DNA of 64,000 nucleotides. Origin: Candidatus Kaelpia imicola (lineage in GTDB: Bacteria > Omnitrophota > Gorgyraeia > Kaelpiales > Kaelpiaceae). The notes beneath the pieces are model-generated. The model had not been told where the DNA came from, made no database searches, and saw nothing but the letters and a program-made list of their open reading frames with translations. Location: assembly GCA_030765505.1 (NCBI GenBank), contig JAVCCL010000020.1, positions 28,538 through 92,537 of the forward strand. The letters run 5' to 3'. Made by a program: the position numbers and the translations under genes. This document shows positions 1 through 10,451 of this stretch, one piece after another (positions within the stretch are counted from its first letter, which is position 1; every line of letters starts with the position of its first letter).

Positions 1-1055
1 CTGCCAATATACAGCATTATGCAAGAATAGTCAAAGAGAAGTATGTTTTACGTTCCTTAATTAATAGCTCAACCAAAATAATAAAGAAATGTTATGACCC
101 GGTTGATAATGTAGATAGACTGCTAGATGAGTCAGAGCGTGCTATTTTTGAAATAGTTTCTCATAAGATGGAAGGTAAGATCTCTTCTATAAAAGATCTT
201 ATAAAATCCAGCATCACCACGATAGATAATCTTTATCAGCGTCAGAGTAGTATAACAGGGGTGCCGACAGGTTATAATGATTTCGATTCTTTAACAGCTG
301 GTCTTCAAAATTCAGACCTGATTGTTGTAGCCGGAAGACCTTCTATGGGTAAGTCTGCATTTATATGTTGCGTTGCAGAGCATGCAATACTTGAAGAGAA
401 AATTCCTGTTGCAATATTCAGTTTAGAGATGTCGAAAGAACAGCTAGTGCATAGAATACTCTGTTCTCATGCCCGTGTTAACGCACATCAGGTTAGACGC
501 GGGTTCTTAAGACCTGAAGATTGGCCTAAGCTTACATCTGCTGCAGGTAAGCTTGCAGAAGCACCTCTATTTATAGATGATACTGCAGGCTCCAGTGTTT
601 TAGAGTTAAGGGCAAAAGCAAGAAGATTAAAGGCTCGCCATGATATAAAGCTCATAATAGTAGACTACATGCAGCTTATGCGCAGCAGCTATCGTTCTGA
701 GAGCAGGCAGCAGGAGATATCTGAAATATCACGCAGTCTTAAAGATTTAGCAAAAGAATTAGGAGTTCCTCTTATTGCTGTGAGTCAGCTTTCGCGTGCG
801 GCTGAGATGAGACAGGATAAGAGACCGCAACTTTCTGATTTAAGGGAGTCCGGAGCAATAGAACAGGATGCTGATTTAGTTGTTTTACTTTTCAGGGAAG
901 AATATTATTCTCCTTCTGGAGAAGAGAATAAAGGTGTTGCGGATCTCATTATTGCCAAGCAGAGAAACGGTCCTGTAGATACTGTCAAGCTTGCGTTTAT
1001 TAAAGAATATACCAGGTTTGAGAACCTTTATAAAATGGAGGTTAATTTAAGTTGA
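1..1055 (+). CDS. dnaB: Replicative DNA helicase DnaB, C-terminal RecA-like domain. The 5' end is truncated by the window edge.
   Basis: In-frame translation from position 3 (ANIQHYARIVKEKYVLRSLI...) continues into ORF 168..1055. Walker A motif GRPSMGKSAF, and IIVDYMQLM, SQLSR and RESGAIEQDADLV motifs are typical of DnaB. Confidence 0.9.
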   Translation, partial: ANIQHYARIVKEKYVLRSLINSSTKIIKKCYDPVDNVDRLLDESERAIFEIVSHKMEGKISSIKDLIKSSITTIDNLYQRQSSITGVPTGYNDFDSLTAGLQNSDLIVVAGRPSMGKSAFICCVAEHAILEEKIPVAIFSLEMSKEQLVHRILCSHARVNAHQVRRGFLRPEDWPKLTSAAGKLAEAPLFIDDTAGSSVLELRAKARRLKARHDIKLIIVDYMQLMRSSYRSESRQQEISEISRSLKDLAKELGVPLIAVSQLSRAAEMRQDKRPQLSDLRESGAIEQDADLVVLLFREEYYSPSGEENKGVADLIIAKQRNGPVDTVKLAFIKEYTRFENLYKMEVNLS

Positions 1056-3337
1056 AAGTAACAAAACTTAGTCTATCTTTTTTCTCGTTTTTGTTTTTAA
1101 TTTCTGTATCCTGGGCTCAAGATATGCCCAATATCTTAGATCTCCAGGTTGTTGGAAACAAGAATATTAGCGAATCTGCTATAATAGCTAAAATTAAAGT
1201 TAGGCCTAACCAGCTCTTCTCTCAGCAGATGATAGATGAAGATATAAAACGGCTCTATGCTACAGGGTTTTTTACTGATGTTGTTGTTGATGCGAAAGAA
1301 GAGACTGATGGCATCATTATCATATTCTATGTGAAAGAAGCACCGTATGTTGATGGAGTTATCTTTAAGGGAAATCGTATCTTTAGAGATGATAAACTGG
1401 AGAGATTGGTTAAGACTACTGGGGGGCAGTTTTTTGACAAATGGCAGCTGAAGACAGATATGGAGGAGATCAAGTTAAAGTATCAAGAGAAAGGCTTTGC
1501 AAACGTAGCTGTAGATTATGATTTAGAGATTGATCAGAATAGTGATAAGACTACGGTGGTAATTAATATTGATGAAGGGGGAAGAGTAAGGATAAGAAAG
1601 ATTGAGTTGGTTGGAGTAGAGGCTTTCAAAAAGAAGAGAATTCTTAAACTTTTGAGGACAAGAACAAAGACTTGGTTTAGATCCGGCGCTTACAAAGAAG
1701 AGGTTTTCAAGGAAGATCTGTCCAGGATAGAGGATTTTTATAAAAGAGACGGGTATCTTGATGTAGAGGTGAGCGGCGATTCGAGCTTCGATAAAAAAGG
1801 AAAGATGATTTTAACAATAAAGGTTGATGAGGGAAAACAGTATAAAGTTGGAGAAGTGTCTCTGGAGGGTAATAATGTTTTTCCTTTAAATGAAGTTGAA
1901 AGTATTCTAAAGCTCGATAGGGATAGTGTGTTTAGTTATGACTCTTTGAAGCTTGATACTCAGAAGCTGCAGGATTTTTATTTTAACAAAGGTTATATCA
2001 AGGCTCAGATTGAAACGGTACCGGTGATTAATTCAGAGACTGGGTTTGTGGATATAAAATACTCTGTAGTAGAAAACGAAATACATTATTTAGACAGGAT
2101 AGATATAAAGGGTAATGTTAAGACTAAAGATGTTGTAATACGGAGAGAGTTAAGGATGTATCCAGGTGAGAAATTTGATGGCAGCAAGATAAAGAGATCT
2201 AGGCAGAGACTTGAAAATCTGGGTTATTTTGAAGAGATAGATTTCGACATTTTTCCGACTGATGAGGAGAACAAGGAAGATTTATTGGTACGTGTAAAAG
2301 AGTCTAAAACAGGAGAGTTTAGTTTTGGCGCCGGATATAGTTCTGTTGATGAGTTTATAGGTTTTGTCGAATTGAGTCAGAGGAATTTTGACATATCCAA
2401 TCCTCCAACGTTTACTGGAGGAGGTCAGAGAATTACGCTACGCACTGAGATGGGTACAACCAGGAATGATTATGAGTTGAGCTTTACAGAACCCTGGATA
2501 TTCGGTTATCCTTATCTTTTTGGTTTTGATATCTACCAGCATTCGAGAGAACGGGAGAGTGATATCGGTTATGATTGGGATGAGGAGCGACAGGGTATAT
2601 CTTTAAGGCTAGGCAAGGAGATATCGGAGCATAATAGCCTCTACCTGAGAACGCGATTTGATAAGGTGGATATATCTAATGTTGCTGCAGATGTTTCAAA
2701 TGCTCTTAAGAATGAGGCCGGAGAGAAGAATATCTATGCTATTAAACTTACCTTCGCTAGAGACAAAAGGGATAATATTTTCGATCCCACAAAAGGATAT
2801 TATTTTAGCAGTAGCCTTGAAAATGCAGGTGGTTTTATGAGTGGAGATGTAGATTTTTTACGTCAGACGAATCAATTTAGCTGTTACTATTCAATACGTG
2901 AAAAATGGGTTTTAAATTTTAGGCTCAATTCTGGTATAATAGATACTCAGGGCGATACATCTTCCGTGCCTCTCTATGAGAGATTATTTGCAGGAGGGGC
3001 TTATAGTATTAGAGGATATGATGAGAGAAGCGTAGGGCCTAAGGATACGGTTAAGACGAGTGATCCTATTGGAGGCGAAGCGCTCTTAATAGGAAATATC
3101 GAATTGACAGTTCCTATTTATGAAAATATAAAAGGTGCTTTCTTTTACGACGTTGGTAATGTTTGGGAGAAGAAGAGTGATTTTGCTTCAGATGGGTATA
3201 AATCTTCAGTTGGTTGTGGTCTAAGATTGAATACTCCCATTGGACCTATAAAGTTGGATTATGGTTATCCTTTGGATTCGGATGAGAATGATTCTGATAG
3301 TGGAAAAGTCCATTTTAGTATGGGACACAAATTTTAA
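1052..3337 (+). CDS. bamA: Outer membrane protein assembly factor BamA (Omp85 family, POTRA repeats plus beta-barrel).
   Basis: TTG start overlaps the dnaB stop. Clear signal peptide (MKVTKLSLSFFSFLFLISVSWAQD). 761 aa with repeated POTRA-like segments. The C-terminal barrel ends in an aromatic residue (HFSMGHKF). Sits in the conserved bamA-skp-lpxD neighbourhood. Confidence 0.9.
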   Translation: MKVTKLSLSFFSFLFLISVSWAQDMPNILDLQVVGNKNISESAIIAKIKVRPNQLFSQQMIDEDIKRLYATGFFTDVVVDAKEETDGIIIIFYVKEAPYVDGVIFKGNRIFRDDKLERLVKTTGGQFFDKWQLKTDMEEIKLKYQEKGFANVAVDYDLEIDQNSDKTTVVINIDEGGRVRIRKIELVGVEAFKKKRILKLLRTRTKTWFRSGAYKEEVFKEDLSRIEDFYKRDGYLDVEVSGDSSFDKKGKMILTIKVDEGKQYKVGEVSLEGNNVFPLNEVESILKLDRDSVFSYDSLKLDTQKLQDFYFNKGYIKAQIETVPVINSETGFVDIKYSVVENEIHYLDRIDIKGNVKTKDVVIRRELRMYPGEKFDGSKIKRSRQRLENLGYFEEIDFDIFPTDEENKEDLLVRVKESKTGEFSFGAGYSSVDEFIGFVELSQRNFDISNPPTFTGGGQRITLRTEMGTTRNDYELSFTEPWIFGYPYLFGFDIYQHSRERESDIGYDWDEERQGISLRLGKEISEHNSLYLRTRFDKVDISNVAADVSNALKNEAGEKNIYAIKLTFARDKRDNIFDPTKGYYFSSSLENAGGFMSGDVDFLRQTNQFSCYYSIREKWVLNFRLNSGIIDTQGDTSSVPLYERLFAGGAYSIRGYDERSVGPKDTVKTSDPIGGEALLIGNIELTVPIYENIKGAFFYDVGNVWEKKSDFASDGYKSSVGCGLRLNTPIGPIKLDYGYPLDSDENDSDSGKVHFSMGHKF

Positions 3338-3352
3338 AAGGAGAAAAACAAT

Positions 3353-3847
3353 ATGAAAAGAATATTTTTTACACTGTTAATATCAGCTATTCTTATCTCT
3401 GGTTTTGTTGAAGCTGCTGATAAATTTGCCTGCGTAGATTTGGAACAGGTTTTTAATGAGTATCAAAAAACAAAAGATGAAGAAGCAAAGCTTACAAAGA
3501 TAGGCGAAGAGAAACAGAAAGATATAGACTCTAAGTTAAAAGAGATAGATAGATTAAAAGAGAAGCTGGATCTACTGTCGGATAAAGAGAAAGAAAAGAT
3601 AAAGGTTGAATTAAATCAGAAAATGGAAGAACTGAGACAGTTTGACCGTCAGGCAAGAACAGACTTAATGCGTCAAAGAAACGAGATAATAGAGGGGATA
3701 CTTCAAGAGATAAATAAGGTTATTGAAGATTACGGCAAGTCAAGAAAATATACTATAATGTTTAACTCTAGAGCTCTTCTTTACAAAAATAAAGATTTAG
3801 ATATTACCCAAGAAGTGATAAAATATTTAAACAAAAAATATAAGTAA
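3353..3847 (+). CDS. skp: Periplasmic chaperone Skp/OmpH.
   Basis: 164 aa. Signal peptide followed by a K/E-rich coiled-coil body. Canonical position between bamA and lpxD. Confidence 0.8.
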   Translation: MKRIFFTLLISAILISGFVEAADKFACVDLEQVFNEYQKTKDEEAKLTKIGEEKQKDIDSKLKEIDRLKEKLDLLSDKEKEKIKVELNQKMEELRQFDRQARTDLMRQRNEIIEGILQEINKVIEDYGKSRKYTIMFNSRALLYKNKDLDITQEVIKYLNKKYK

Positions 3848-3874
3848 TTATTAAACCTAAGACAAGGAAGATAA

Positions 3875-4972
3875 GTGAAGGTAAATTCAGGTTACGATGA
3901 GAATGGTTTTCGCCCCCGTCTGGATTTAACGCTGACTCGTATAGCTAAGCTTATAGATGGTGAAGTTATAGGTGATGGCAGCATTATTATTAAAGGGCTA
4001 TCGGGGATTAAAGAGGCTCAAGAAGGCGATATTACATTTGTAGCCAACCCTAAATATTTTTCGCTTATAAATACAACCAGAGCGTCTGCCGTTATTACCT
4101 CGCAAGCTGTTGAAGGCACAGATAAGCCTATAATAAAGACGGAAAATCCTTCTCTTGCTTTTGCCAAGCTGGTTTCTCATTTTGCTCCTGACGAGAACGG
4201 AATAAAGCCGGGAGTCCATCCTACTGCAATAATTGGTAAAGATGTAAAGTTAGGGGAGAATGTCTCTATTGGGCCTTATGTGGTAGTATCAGATGGTGCC
4301 TTTATCGGAGATAACACTGTTTTACAAGCAGGTGTATATGTAGGAAGCTATAGTAAAATAGGGGCAAGTTGTACAATATATTCTCATGTTGCTGTAAGAG
4401 AGCGGGTAACTATAGGCAGCAATGTGATAATACATTCCGGTACAGTAATAGGTAGCGACGGTTTCGGTTATGCCACTGTTAAAGATGTCCATTACAAAAT
4501 TCCGCAAATAGGCACTGTATTTATAGAGGATGATGTTGAAATAGGAGCAAATGTGACTATTGACAGGGCTCGCTTCGGGAAGACTCATATAAAGAGGGGA
4601 ACAAAAATCGATAACCTTGTTCAGATTGCCCACAATGTTGAGATAGGCGAAAATTCTATTGTAGTAGCTCAGTCTGGGATATCCGGCAGCACTAATATAG
4701 GTAGAGGTGTTATATTGGCGGGGCAATCTGGAGTTGTTGGCCATATCAATATAGGTGATAATGCGCGTGTGGCAGCTCAGGCGGGAGTTACAAAATCAGT
4801 TCCAGAAGGTGAGGTAGTGTCGGGCTATCCTGCTAGGCCTCATGGCACGGCAAAGAGAATTAATGCCTGCGTACAGAAGTTACCAGAATTCTATAAATGT
4901 ATTAAGGGTCTTCAGAAAAAGATTGAGGATTTGGAATCAGAGTTAAGGGAGCTACGGGAAAAGGCGTCTTAA
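3875..4972 (+). CDS. lpxD: UDP-3-O-acylglucosamine N-acyltransferase LpxD.
   Basis: GTG start. Long run of hexapeptide (left-handed beta-helix) repeats, e.g. VEIGENVSIGPYVVV, TIGSNVIIHSGTVIGSDGFGY. C-terminal coiled-coil tail. Position in the lpx cluster. Confidence 0.9.
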   Translation: MKVNSGYDENGFRPRLDLTLTRIAKLIDGEVIGDGSIIIKGLSGIKEAQEGDITFVANPKYFSLINTTRASAVITSQAVEGTDKPIIKTENPSLAFAKLVSHFAPDENGIKPGVHPTAIIGKDVKLGENVSIGPYVVVSDGAFIGDNTVLQAGVYVGSYSKIGASCTIYSHVAVRERVTIGSNVIIHSGTVIGSDGFGYATVKDVHYKIPQIGTVFIEDDVEIGANVTIDRARFGKTHIKRGTKIDNLVQIAHNVEIGENSIVVAQSGISGSTNIGRGVILAGQSGVVGHINIGDNARVAAQAGVTKSVPEGEVVSGYPARPHGTAKRINACVQKLPEFYKCIKGLQKKIEDLESELRELREKAS

Positions 4973-4973
4973 A

Positions 4974-6290
4974 GTGGAACATCAGCATACTATTTCAAAA
5001 GATGCAGCTATCTCGGGGGTAGGTCTTCATACAGATGAGAGAGTTAATTTAAAGATTAAGCCTGGAGAGGTTGATAGCGGAATAACTTTTAGAAGAATAG
5101 ATATAGAGAGTTCTCCTCTTATACCTGCTCACATCTCGCATGTTCTAGATTTGACTTTAAGTCTTAGGCGTACGTCTATTGGCATTGATAATATAGAGAT
5201 TCATACAATAGAACATCTTATGGCTTCTTTGGCAGCCTGTAAGATAGATAATGTCTTAGTTGAGATAGATGGTGTTGAGGTTCCAGGTTTAGACGGAAGT
5301 GCTCTGCCTTTTATTGAAAAGATAAAAAATGCAGGCATAGTTAAGCAGAATGCAACAAGGAAGACTTATCGACTTAAAGAACCTATTTTAGTTGAAGATG
5401 GAGAAGCCTCCCTGATGGCTTTTCCCAGCAATAACTTAAATATCTCTTACCTTCTGAATTATGATCATCCTCAGCTTAAAACCCAATATATAAGACATGT
5501 TTTAGATGAGGGAACATTTAAAGATGAGATTGCTCCCAGCAGAACATTCTGTTTAGAGGAAGAGGCTGAAAAATTAACGGAGATGGGCTTAGGTAAGGGT
5601 GCTAATTATGACAATACGCTAGTTGTAACTGATTCAGGTGTTATAGAAAATCAATATAGAATAGAAGATGAGCCTGCAAGGCATAAGGTTCTAGATTTAA
5701 TAGGCGATCTTTATCTCGTAGGTTGTAAGTTGGAGGCTAATATAGTAGGAATAAAGAGCGGCCATCCTTTAAATATAAGGATGGTTAGAAGAATAGAACA
5801 GCAGATCAAAAGGTTTCAGCAAGCCGGGATACATAGGGGCGGATTAAAAGAGTTTGAGCTACCTTTGGGGGTGGAAGAGATAAAGCAGATACTTCCTCAT
5901 AGAGATCCTTTTCTTTTTATAGATAGTATCATAGAGATAGAAGAGGGCAAGCGTGCTGTGGGGATTAAAAAGTTGGCTTTAGACGAGTACTTCTTTAAGG
6001 GTCATTTCCCAGGGCGGCCGGTTATGCCGGGAGTGTTAATAGTTGAGGCGATGGCTCAGGTTTCAGGTGTATTGATGTTAATCCAAAAGCAACATAGAGG
6101 AAAACTTGCTTTCTTTATGGGTGTTGATAAGGTTAGATTTAGAAGGCCGGTTCTTCCTGGAGATCAATTGTATCTTGAAGCTGAAGTTGGTCGATTAAGG
6201 ACAAAGACTGGTGAGATGCATGCAAGAGCATTGGTTAACGGCAAGGTCGCGGCTGAAGCATCGCTGCTCTTTGCTTTAATTGAAAAATAG
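4974..6290 (+). CDS. lpxC/fabZ: Bifunctional LpxC/FabZ fusion: UDP-3-O-acyl-GlcNAc deacetylase (N-terminal) fused to 3-hydroxyacyl-ACP dehydratase (C-terminal).
   Basis: N-terminal roughly 285 aa are LpxC-like (SGVGLHTDERVNLKIKPGE, HKVLDLIGDLYL). C-terminal roughly 145 aa are a FabZ hot-dog domain (HRDPFLFIDSI..., FFKGHFPGRPVMPGVLIVEAMAQ). Confidence 0.85.
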   Translation: MEHQHTISKDAAISGVGLHTDERVNLKIKPGEVDSGITFRRIDIESSPLIPAHISHVLDLTLSLRRTSIGIDNIEIHTIEHLMASLAACKIDNVLVEIDGVEVPGLDGSALPFIEKIKNAGIVKQNATRKTYRLKEPILVEDGEASLMAFPSNNLNISYLLNYDHPQLKTQYIRHVLDEGTFKDEIAPSRTFCLEEEAEKLTEMGLGKGANYDNTLVVTDSGVIENQYRIEDEPARHKVLDLIGDLYLVGCKLEANIVGIKSGHPLNIRMVRRIEQQIKRFQQAGIHRGGLKEFELPLGVEEIKQILPHRDPFLFIDSIIEIEEGKRAVGIKKLALDEYFFKGHFPGRPVMPGVLIVEAMAQVSGVLMLIQKQHRGKLAFFMGVDKVRFRRPVLPGDQLYLEAEVGRLRTKTGEMHARALVNGKVAAEASLLFALIEK

Positions 6291-6295
6291 TAAAG

Positions 6296-7060
6296 ATGAT
6301 TCATCCCACCGTAATTATCAATAGCGGATCAAAGATAGCTTCTGATGTTGAGATAGGCCCTTATACCGTTATTGGTGGCGACGTTGAAATAGCATCAGGT
6401 ACAAAGATAGCATCTTTTTGCACTATTACAGGCTATACAAAGATTGGAAAAAACAATAATATCTTCTCTAATACTGTTTTAGGAAGTATTCCTCAGGATT
6501 TAAAATATAAGGGTGAGAAGAGCAATCTCATTATTGGAGATGGAAATAAAATAAGGGAGTTTGTAACTATGAACCCTGGGACTGGTGAGGGAGGTAAGAC
6601 CGAGATAGGTAATAATAATCTGATTATGGCTTATGCGCATATTGCACATGATTGTATAATAGGAAACAATGTTATTATAGCCAATGTTGGGACTCTAGCG
6701 GGGCATGTTGAGATGGAAGATGGTGCAATACTGGGTGGTCTTGCTGCGATACATCAGTTTGTCAGAGTTGGAAGATTAGCGATCATAGGAGGATGTTCTA
6801 AGGTTACTCAAGATATACCGCCTTTCTCTATGTGTGATGGTCATCCTGCCAAATTCAGAGGTTTGAACCTTGAAGGACTTAAAAGAGCAGGATATAGTGT
6901 TGAGGAGCGGATGATTTTAAAAAAGGTTTTTAAAGTCCTCTTTCTATCTAAGCACTCTCTATCAAATGCTATAGAGATTGTTTCTAAAGAGTATAAAAGC
7001 AGAGAGATAAATTCTCTGCTTGATTTTGTGGCTAAATCAAAAAGAGGTATATGCAGATAG
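6296..7060 (+). CDS. lpxA: Acyl-ACP--UDP-GlcNAc O-acyltransferase LpxA.
   Basis: 254 aa. Hexapeptide repeats followed by a C-terminal helical domain. IHPTVIINSGSKI at the N-terminus. Position after fabZ. Confidence 0.9.
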   Translation: MIHPTVIINSGSKIASDVEIGPYTVIGGDVEIASGTKIASFCTITGYTKIGKNNNIFSNTVLGSIPQDLKYKGEKSNLIIGDGNKIREFVTMNPGTGEGGKTEIGNNNLIMAYAHIAHDCIIGNNVIIANVGTLAGHVEMEDGAILGGLAAIHQFVRVGRLAIIGGCSKVTQDIPPFSMCDGHPAKFRGLNLEGLKRAGYSVEERMILKKVFKVLFLSKHSLSNAIEIVSKEYKSREINSLLDFVAKSKRGICR

Positions 7061-7857
7061 AGAGAGTTGGTCTTATAGCGGGAGGTACAGAGTATCCTCT
7101 TTTAGCGGCGAAGCAGGCTAAATTGAAGGGAGTTCAAGTCTATGCTGTTGCTATCAAAGGTTTGACGTTATCTGAGCTTGAGAGAGAAGTGGAAGATTTA
7201 ATCTGGATAGAACTTGGTCAGTTTAAACCTTTAATAGATTTTTTCAAAAAATATGAGATATCATCTGCTATTATGGCAGGCAATGTTAAAAAAGAAGATC
7301 TATTAAAACATTTTAAGCTTGGTCCTCGAGTTTTTGCCATGATGAAAGGTTTTACTAATAAATCAGATATGAATCTACTTGATATAGTTGCTAATGAGCT
7401 AAAAAAAGTAGAAATTAAATTGCTAGATGCTAGAACTTTTCTGGATGACTATATTGTCAAGAAGGGTTGTTTGACGCAGAAGCCCCCAACAGATAAAGAA
7501 TGGGAAGATATTCGTTTTGGTTGGGATTTAGCAAAGGCGGTATCTTCTTTCGATGTCGGTTTAACTGTTGTTGTTAAAGATAGAGTAGCTCTGGCAATTG
7601 AGGCTGTTGAGGGAACTAATGAGGCTATTAAGAGGGGGGCAAATCTTGGCGGAGAAGGATTTGTTGTTGTAAAAGTGGCACGGCCTAATCAAGATATGAG
7701 ATTCGAGCTTCCTGTTGTCGGACTTGATACCATAAAGTTGTTAAAGAAGCTTAAAGCATCTATTCTTGCGATCGAGGCTGATAAGACTCTGTTTTTTGAT
7801 ATCCCTGATTCAATTAAAGAGGCAGATGGAGGCTCTATCTCTATAGTAGCGTTATAG
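7051..7857 (+). CDS. lpxI: UDP-2,3-diacylglucosamine hydrolase LpxI (DUF1009 family), in the position usually taken by LpxH.
   Basis: 268 aa. DUF1009-like sequence (RVGLIAGGTEYPLLAAKQAK..., FDVGLTVVVKDRVALAIEAVEGTNEAI). Overlaps the lpxA stop and lies immediately downstream of lpxA, as in Caulobacter-type lpxA-lpxI arrangements. Confidence 0.7.
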   Translation: MQIERVGLIAGGTEYPLLAAKQAKLKGVQVYAVAIKGLTLSELEREVEDLIWIELGQFKPLIDFFKKYEISSAIMAGNVKKEDLLKHFKLGPRVFAMMKGFTNKSDMNLLDIVANELKKVEIKLLDARTFLDDYIVKKGCLTQKPPTDKEWEDIRFGWDLAKAVSSFDVGLTVVVKDRVALAIEAVEGTNEAIKRGANLGGEGFVVVKVARPNQDMRFELPVVGLDTIKLLKKLKASILAIEADKTLFFDIPDSIKEADGGSISIVAL

Positions 7858-7914
7858 CGATTACATTCCGTTATTTGATAGAAAATATTGCCTCAATCTA
7901 TTATATTATTCACT

Positions 7915-9798
7915 ATGTTAAGCTCTCAAAAATTGTACGATACTATTGTTGTCGGTGCTGGTCATGCAGGTATTGAAGCTGCTCTGGCATCTGCTCGTAT
8001 GGGTTCTGAAACACTTCTTTTAACTATGAGCATAGCAAATATTGCCCAGATGTCTTGTAATCCTGCAATAGGAGGGGTAGGCAAGGGTCAGCTTGTCAAG
8101 GAGATTGATGCCCTCGGCGGTGAGATGGCAAAAGCTATAGATGAAGCTGGAATACAGTTTAGAATCTTAAATTCTTCAAAAGGTGCAGCAGTTCGCTCTT
8201 CCCGGGCTCAGGCAGATAAGGTGAGGTATAGTCTCTATATGAGAAGAGTGCTTGAAGGACAAGATAATTTAGATATAAGAGAAGCTAAAGTAGTAAGCCT
8301 TATAGTAAAAGATAAGAGCGTTAAAGGTGTTCTAACGGAAGATTCTGTTGAGTTTAAGGCTAAGACTGTAATTTTGACTCCGGGAACATTCTTAAATGGT
8401 TTAATACATATAGGATTGGATAGCTATTTTTCAGGGAGGATGGGTGAAGGGGCAAGCTTAGCGCTCTCTGAAAATCTTAAAGAATTGGGTTTTGAGATAG
8501 GAAGATTTAAAACGGGTACACCTGCGAGAATCTATAAAAATTCAATAGATTTTTCTAAGATGCAAGTTCAACATGGCGATTATCCGATACCGTTTTTTTC
8601 ATTCTGGACTAAAAATAAAGAATTGGAGCAGATTGACTGTTTTCTGACTTATACAAATAAGGCAACTCATGAGATAATCAGGGATAATTTGGATAGATCT
8701 CCTCTATATTCAGGCCGTATTAAAGCAACAGGAGTGAGGTATTGCCCGTCTATTGAAGATAAGGTAGTCAAGTTTCCGCATCACGAGCGCCATCTGGTCT
8801 TTTTAGAACCTGAAGGTCTTCAGACAGATGAATATTACCCCAACGGAATCTCAAACTCTCTCCCTATAGATCTACAGATTAAAATGGTGAAAACTATTCC
8901 AGGTTTAGAGAGGGCTGAGTTTGCAAAGCCGGCATACGGAATAGAACATGATTATATAGATCCGACTCAGTTATATCCGACATTAGAGACAAAGCTGATT
9001 AAAAATCTTTACCTTGCCGGGCAGATTAACGGAACTACTGGCTATGAAGAAGCAGCAGCTCAGGGACTTATGGCGGGAGTGAATGCAGCTTTAAGGGTTA
9101 AAGGTAAGGCTGATTTTATCCTAGATAGGAGTCAGTCCTATATCGGGGTTTTGATAGACGAGCTTGTTACTAAGGGTACAGATGAGCCTTTCAGGATGAT
9201 GACTTCCCGGGTTGAATTTAGATTGCTATTGAGGGAGGATAATGCTGTTTTAAGGTTAAGCGAATTTGGTTATAAGTTAGATTTGCTTACCAAGGAGAAG
9301 TATAAAGATGTTTTAGGTTTTAAAGATAGAATAGCAGAGGCAGGGGAATATTTGAAAAGGAATAGAATAAGAACTGAAATATTAGGAGAGAAGATGCCTT
9401 CGTTAGGAATTTTAAACTCAAGGCAGTCTTTAAACTACGAGAGTTTACTACGGCGGCCTGAAATCGATTTTAATCATATTAAACTATTGGATGATAAGAT
9501 TGCTGGATTTGATGACAATATTTTAAATCAGATAGAGATAGAGCTAAAATATGAAGGCTATATTAAAAGACAGTTTAAGCAGGTTGAAGAGTTTAGAAAG
9601 ATTGAGAACATAAAGCTGTCATTTGATTTAAATTATAAGAATATGTCCGGATTGTCATTAGAGGCAAAAGAGAAGTTAAATAAGCTTAAACCTCTGAGTT
9701 TAGGGCAGGCATCGCGTATCCCGGGTATTACACCTGCAGCCATTGCGTGCCTTATGGTCTATTTAAAGAAAAATAAATCATGGAAGGAAAAGAATTAG
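7915..9798 (+). CDS. mnmG: tRNA uridine-5-carboxymethylaminomethyl modification enzyme MnmG (GidA).
   Basis: FAD-binding N-terminus ([23 protein letters not shown]). Roughly 625 aa. C-terminal GidA-associated region. The probable start is the ATG at 7915, not the upstream ATG at 7888 used in the ORF track. Confidence 0.9.
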   Translation: MLSSQKLYDTIVVGAGHAGIEAALASARMGSETLLLTMSIANIAQMSCNPAIGGVGKGQLVKEIDALGGEMAKAIDEAGIQFRILNSSKGAAVRSSRAQADKVRYSLYMRRVLEGQDNLDIREAKVVSLIVKDKSVKGVLTEDSVEFKAKTVILTPGTFLNGLIHIGLDSYFSGRMGEGASLALSENLKELGFEIGRFKTGTPARIYKNSIDFSKMQVQHGDYPIPFFSFWTKNKELEQIDCFLTYTNKATHEIIRDNLDRSPLYSGRIKATGVRYCPSIEDKVVKFPHHERHLVFLEPEGLQTDEYYPNGISNSLPIDLQIKMVKTIPGLERAEFAKPAYGIEHDYIDPTQLYPTLETKLIKNLYLAGQINGTTGYEEAAAQGLMAGVNAALRVKGKADFILDRSQSYIGVLIDELVTKGTDEPFRMMTSRVEFRLLLREDNAVLRLSEFGYKLDLLTKEKYKDVLGFKDRIAEAGEYLKRNRIRTEILGEKMPSLGILNSRQSLNYESLLRRPEIDFNHIKLLDDKIAGFDDNILNQIEIELKYEGYIKRQFKQVEEFRKIENIKLSFDLNYKNMSGLSLEAKEKLNKLKPLSLGQASRIPGITPAAIACLMVYLKKNKSWKEKN

Positions 9799-10451
9799 TA
9801 AATAAATTAGAGAGTTTTATTTTGGGAGAGAGAGCAGCTGTTTTTGGAACAGCTTTTGTTGAAAGTATAAAATCCGAGTTCAAACTATCACAAGGTGAGA
9901 TGGAAGGCTTAGATCACGCTATAAGTTTTGGTTTTAAATTATCCAGCGCGGTTTTAGATGGTATTATTGAATACCCTACAAAATTATATTTTCATCACTA
10001 TAGGATGGTTAATATGTTTTTAGACCAGCTCTCCTTAAAGGTTGTTAGAATAATCGAAAAAGAGGGTTTTAGGGCTCTAGCCATACCGGCTTCACAGATT
10101 GTCGATTGGAAGAGACAGACTTCTTATCTATCGCATAAAAAGGTAGCCTATCTATCTGGTTTAGGCTGGATAGGCAGAAACAATCTCTTGGTTCACCCTG
10201 AGTTTGGTTCTCAATTGAGGTTTGCTACTGTTTTAACCAGCCTTAAACTGCCTTCTAAAGAGCCTCTAGGATTTGGCTGCGGAGATTGTAGGCTATGTAT
10301 CTCCTCTTGTCCTGTTGGAGCGATAACAGATGATCCAGAAGACTTTAATCACTTGGCCTGTTATAATAAACTAGATGAGTTTAAAAAGAAGAACTTTGTA
10401 GGTCAACATATCTGTGGAATATGTGTTAAGGTATGCAGAGTAAAGGCATAA
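9780..10451 (+). CDS. QueG-like 4Fe-4S protein (epoxyqueuosine reductase family, short form of 223 aa).
   Basis: The motif [31 protein letters not shown] resembles the QueG core. Ferredoxin-type cysteine cluster [16 protein letters not shown]. Directly downstream of the tRNA-modification gene mnmG. The protein is much shorter than canonical QueG (approximately 380 aa). Confidence 0.45.
   Translation: MEGKELVNKLESFILGERAAVFGTAFVESIKSEFKLSQGEMEGLDHAISFGFKLSSAVLDGIIEYPTKLYFHHYRMVNMFLDQLSLKVVRIIEKEGFRALAIPASQIVDWKRQTSYLSHKKVAYLSGLGWIGRNNLLVHPEFGSQLRFATVLTSLKLPSKEPLGFGCGDCRLCISSCPVGAITDDPEDFNHLACYNKLDEFKKKNFVGQHICGICVKVCRVKA

Noticed and set aside
2658-2840. 60-aa + strand ORF in an alternative frame within bamA.
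   Set aside because: Out-of-frame overlap with the BamA barrel region. No independent evidence.
4322-4744. 140-aa antisense ORF inside lpxD. The same applies to the other internal antisense ORFs: 3998-4219, 10580-11127, 14925-15194, 18521-18748, 19900-20202, 20418-20687, 21162-21437, 21934-22197, 27475-27961, 40679-40993, 45438-45773, 49518-49856 and 51511-51855.
   Set aside because: All lie entirely within well-supported sense-strand genes with clear family motifs. No RBS or motif support was found. They are typical shadow ORFs.
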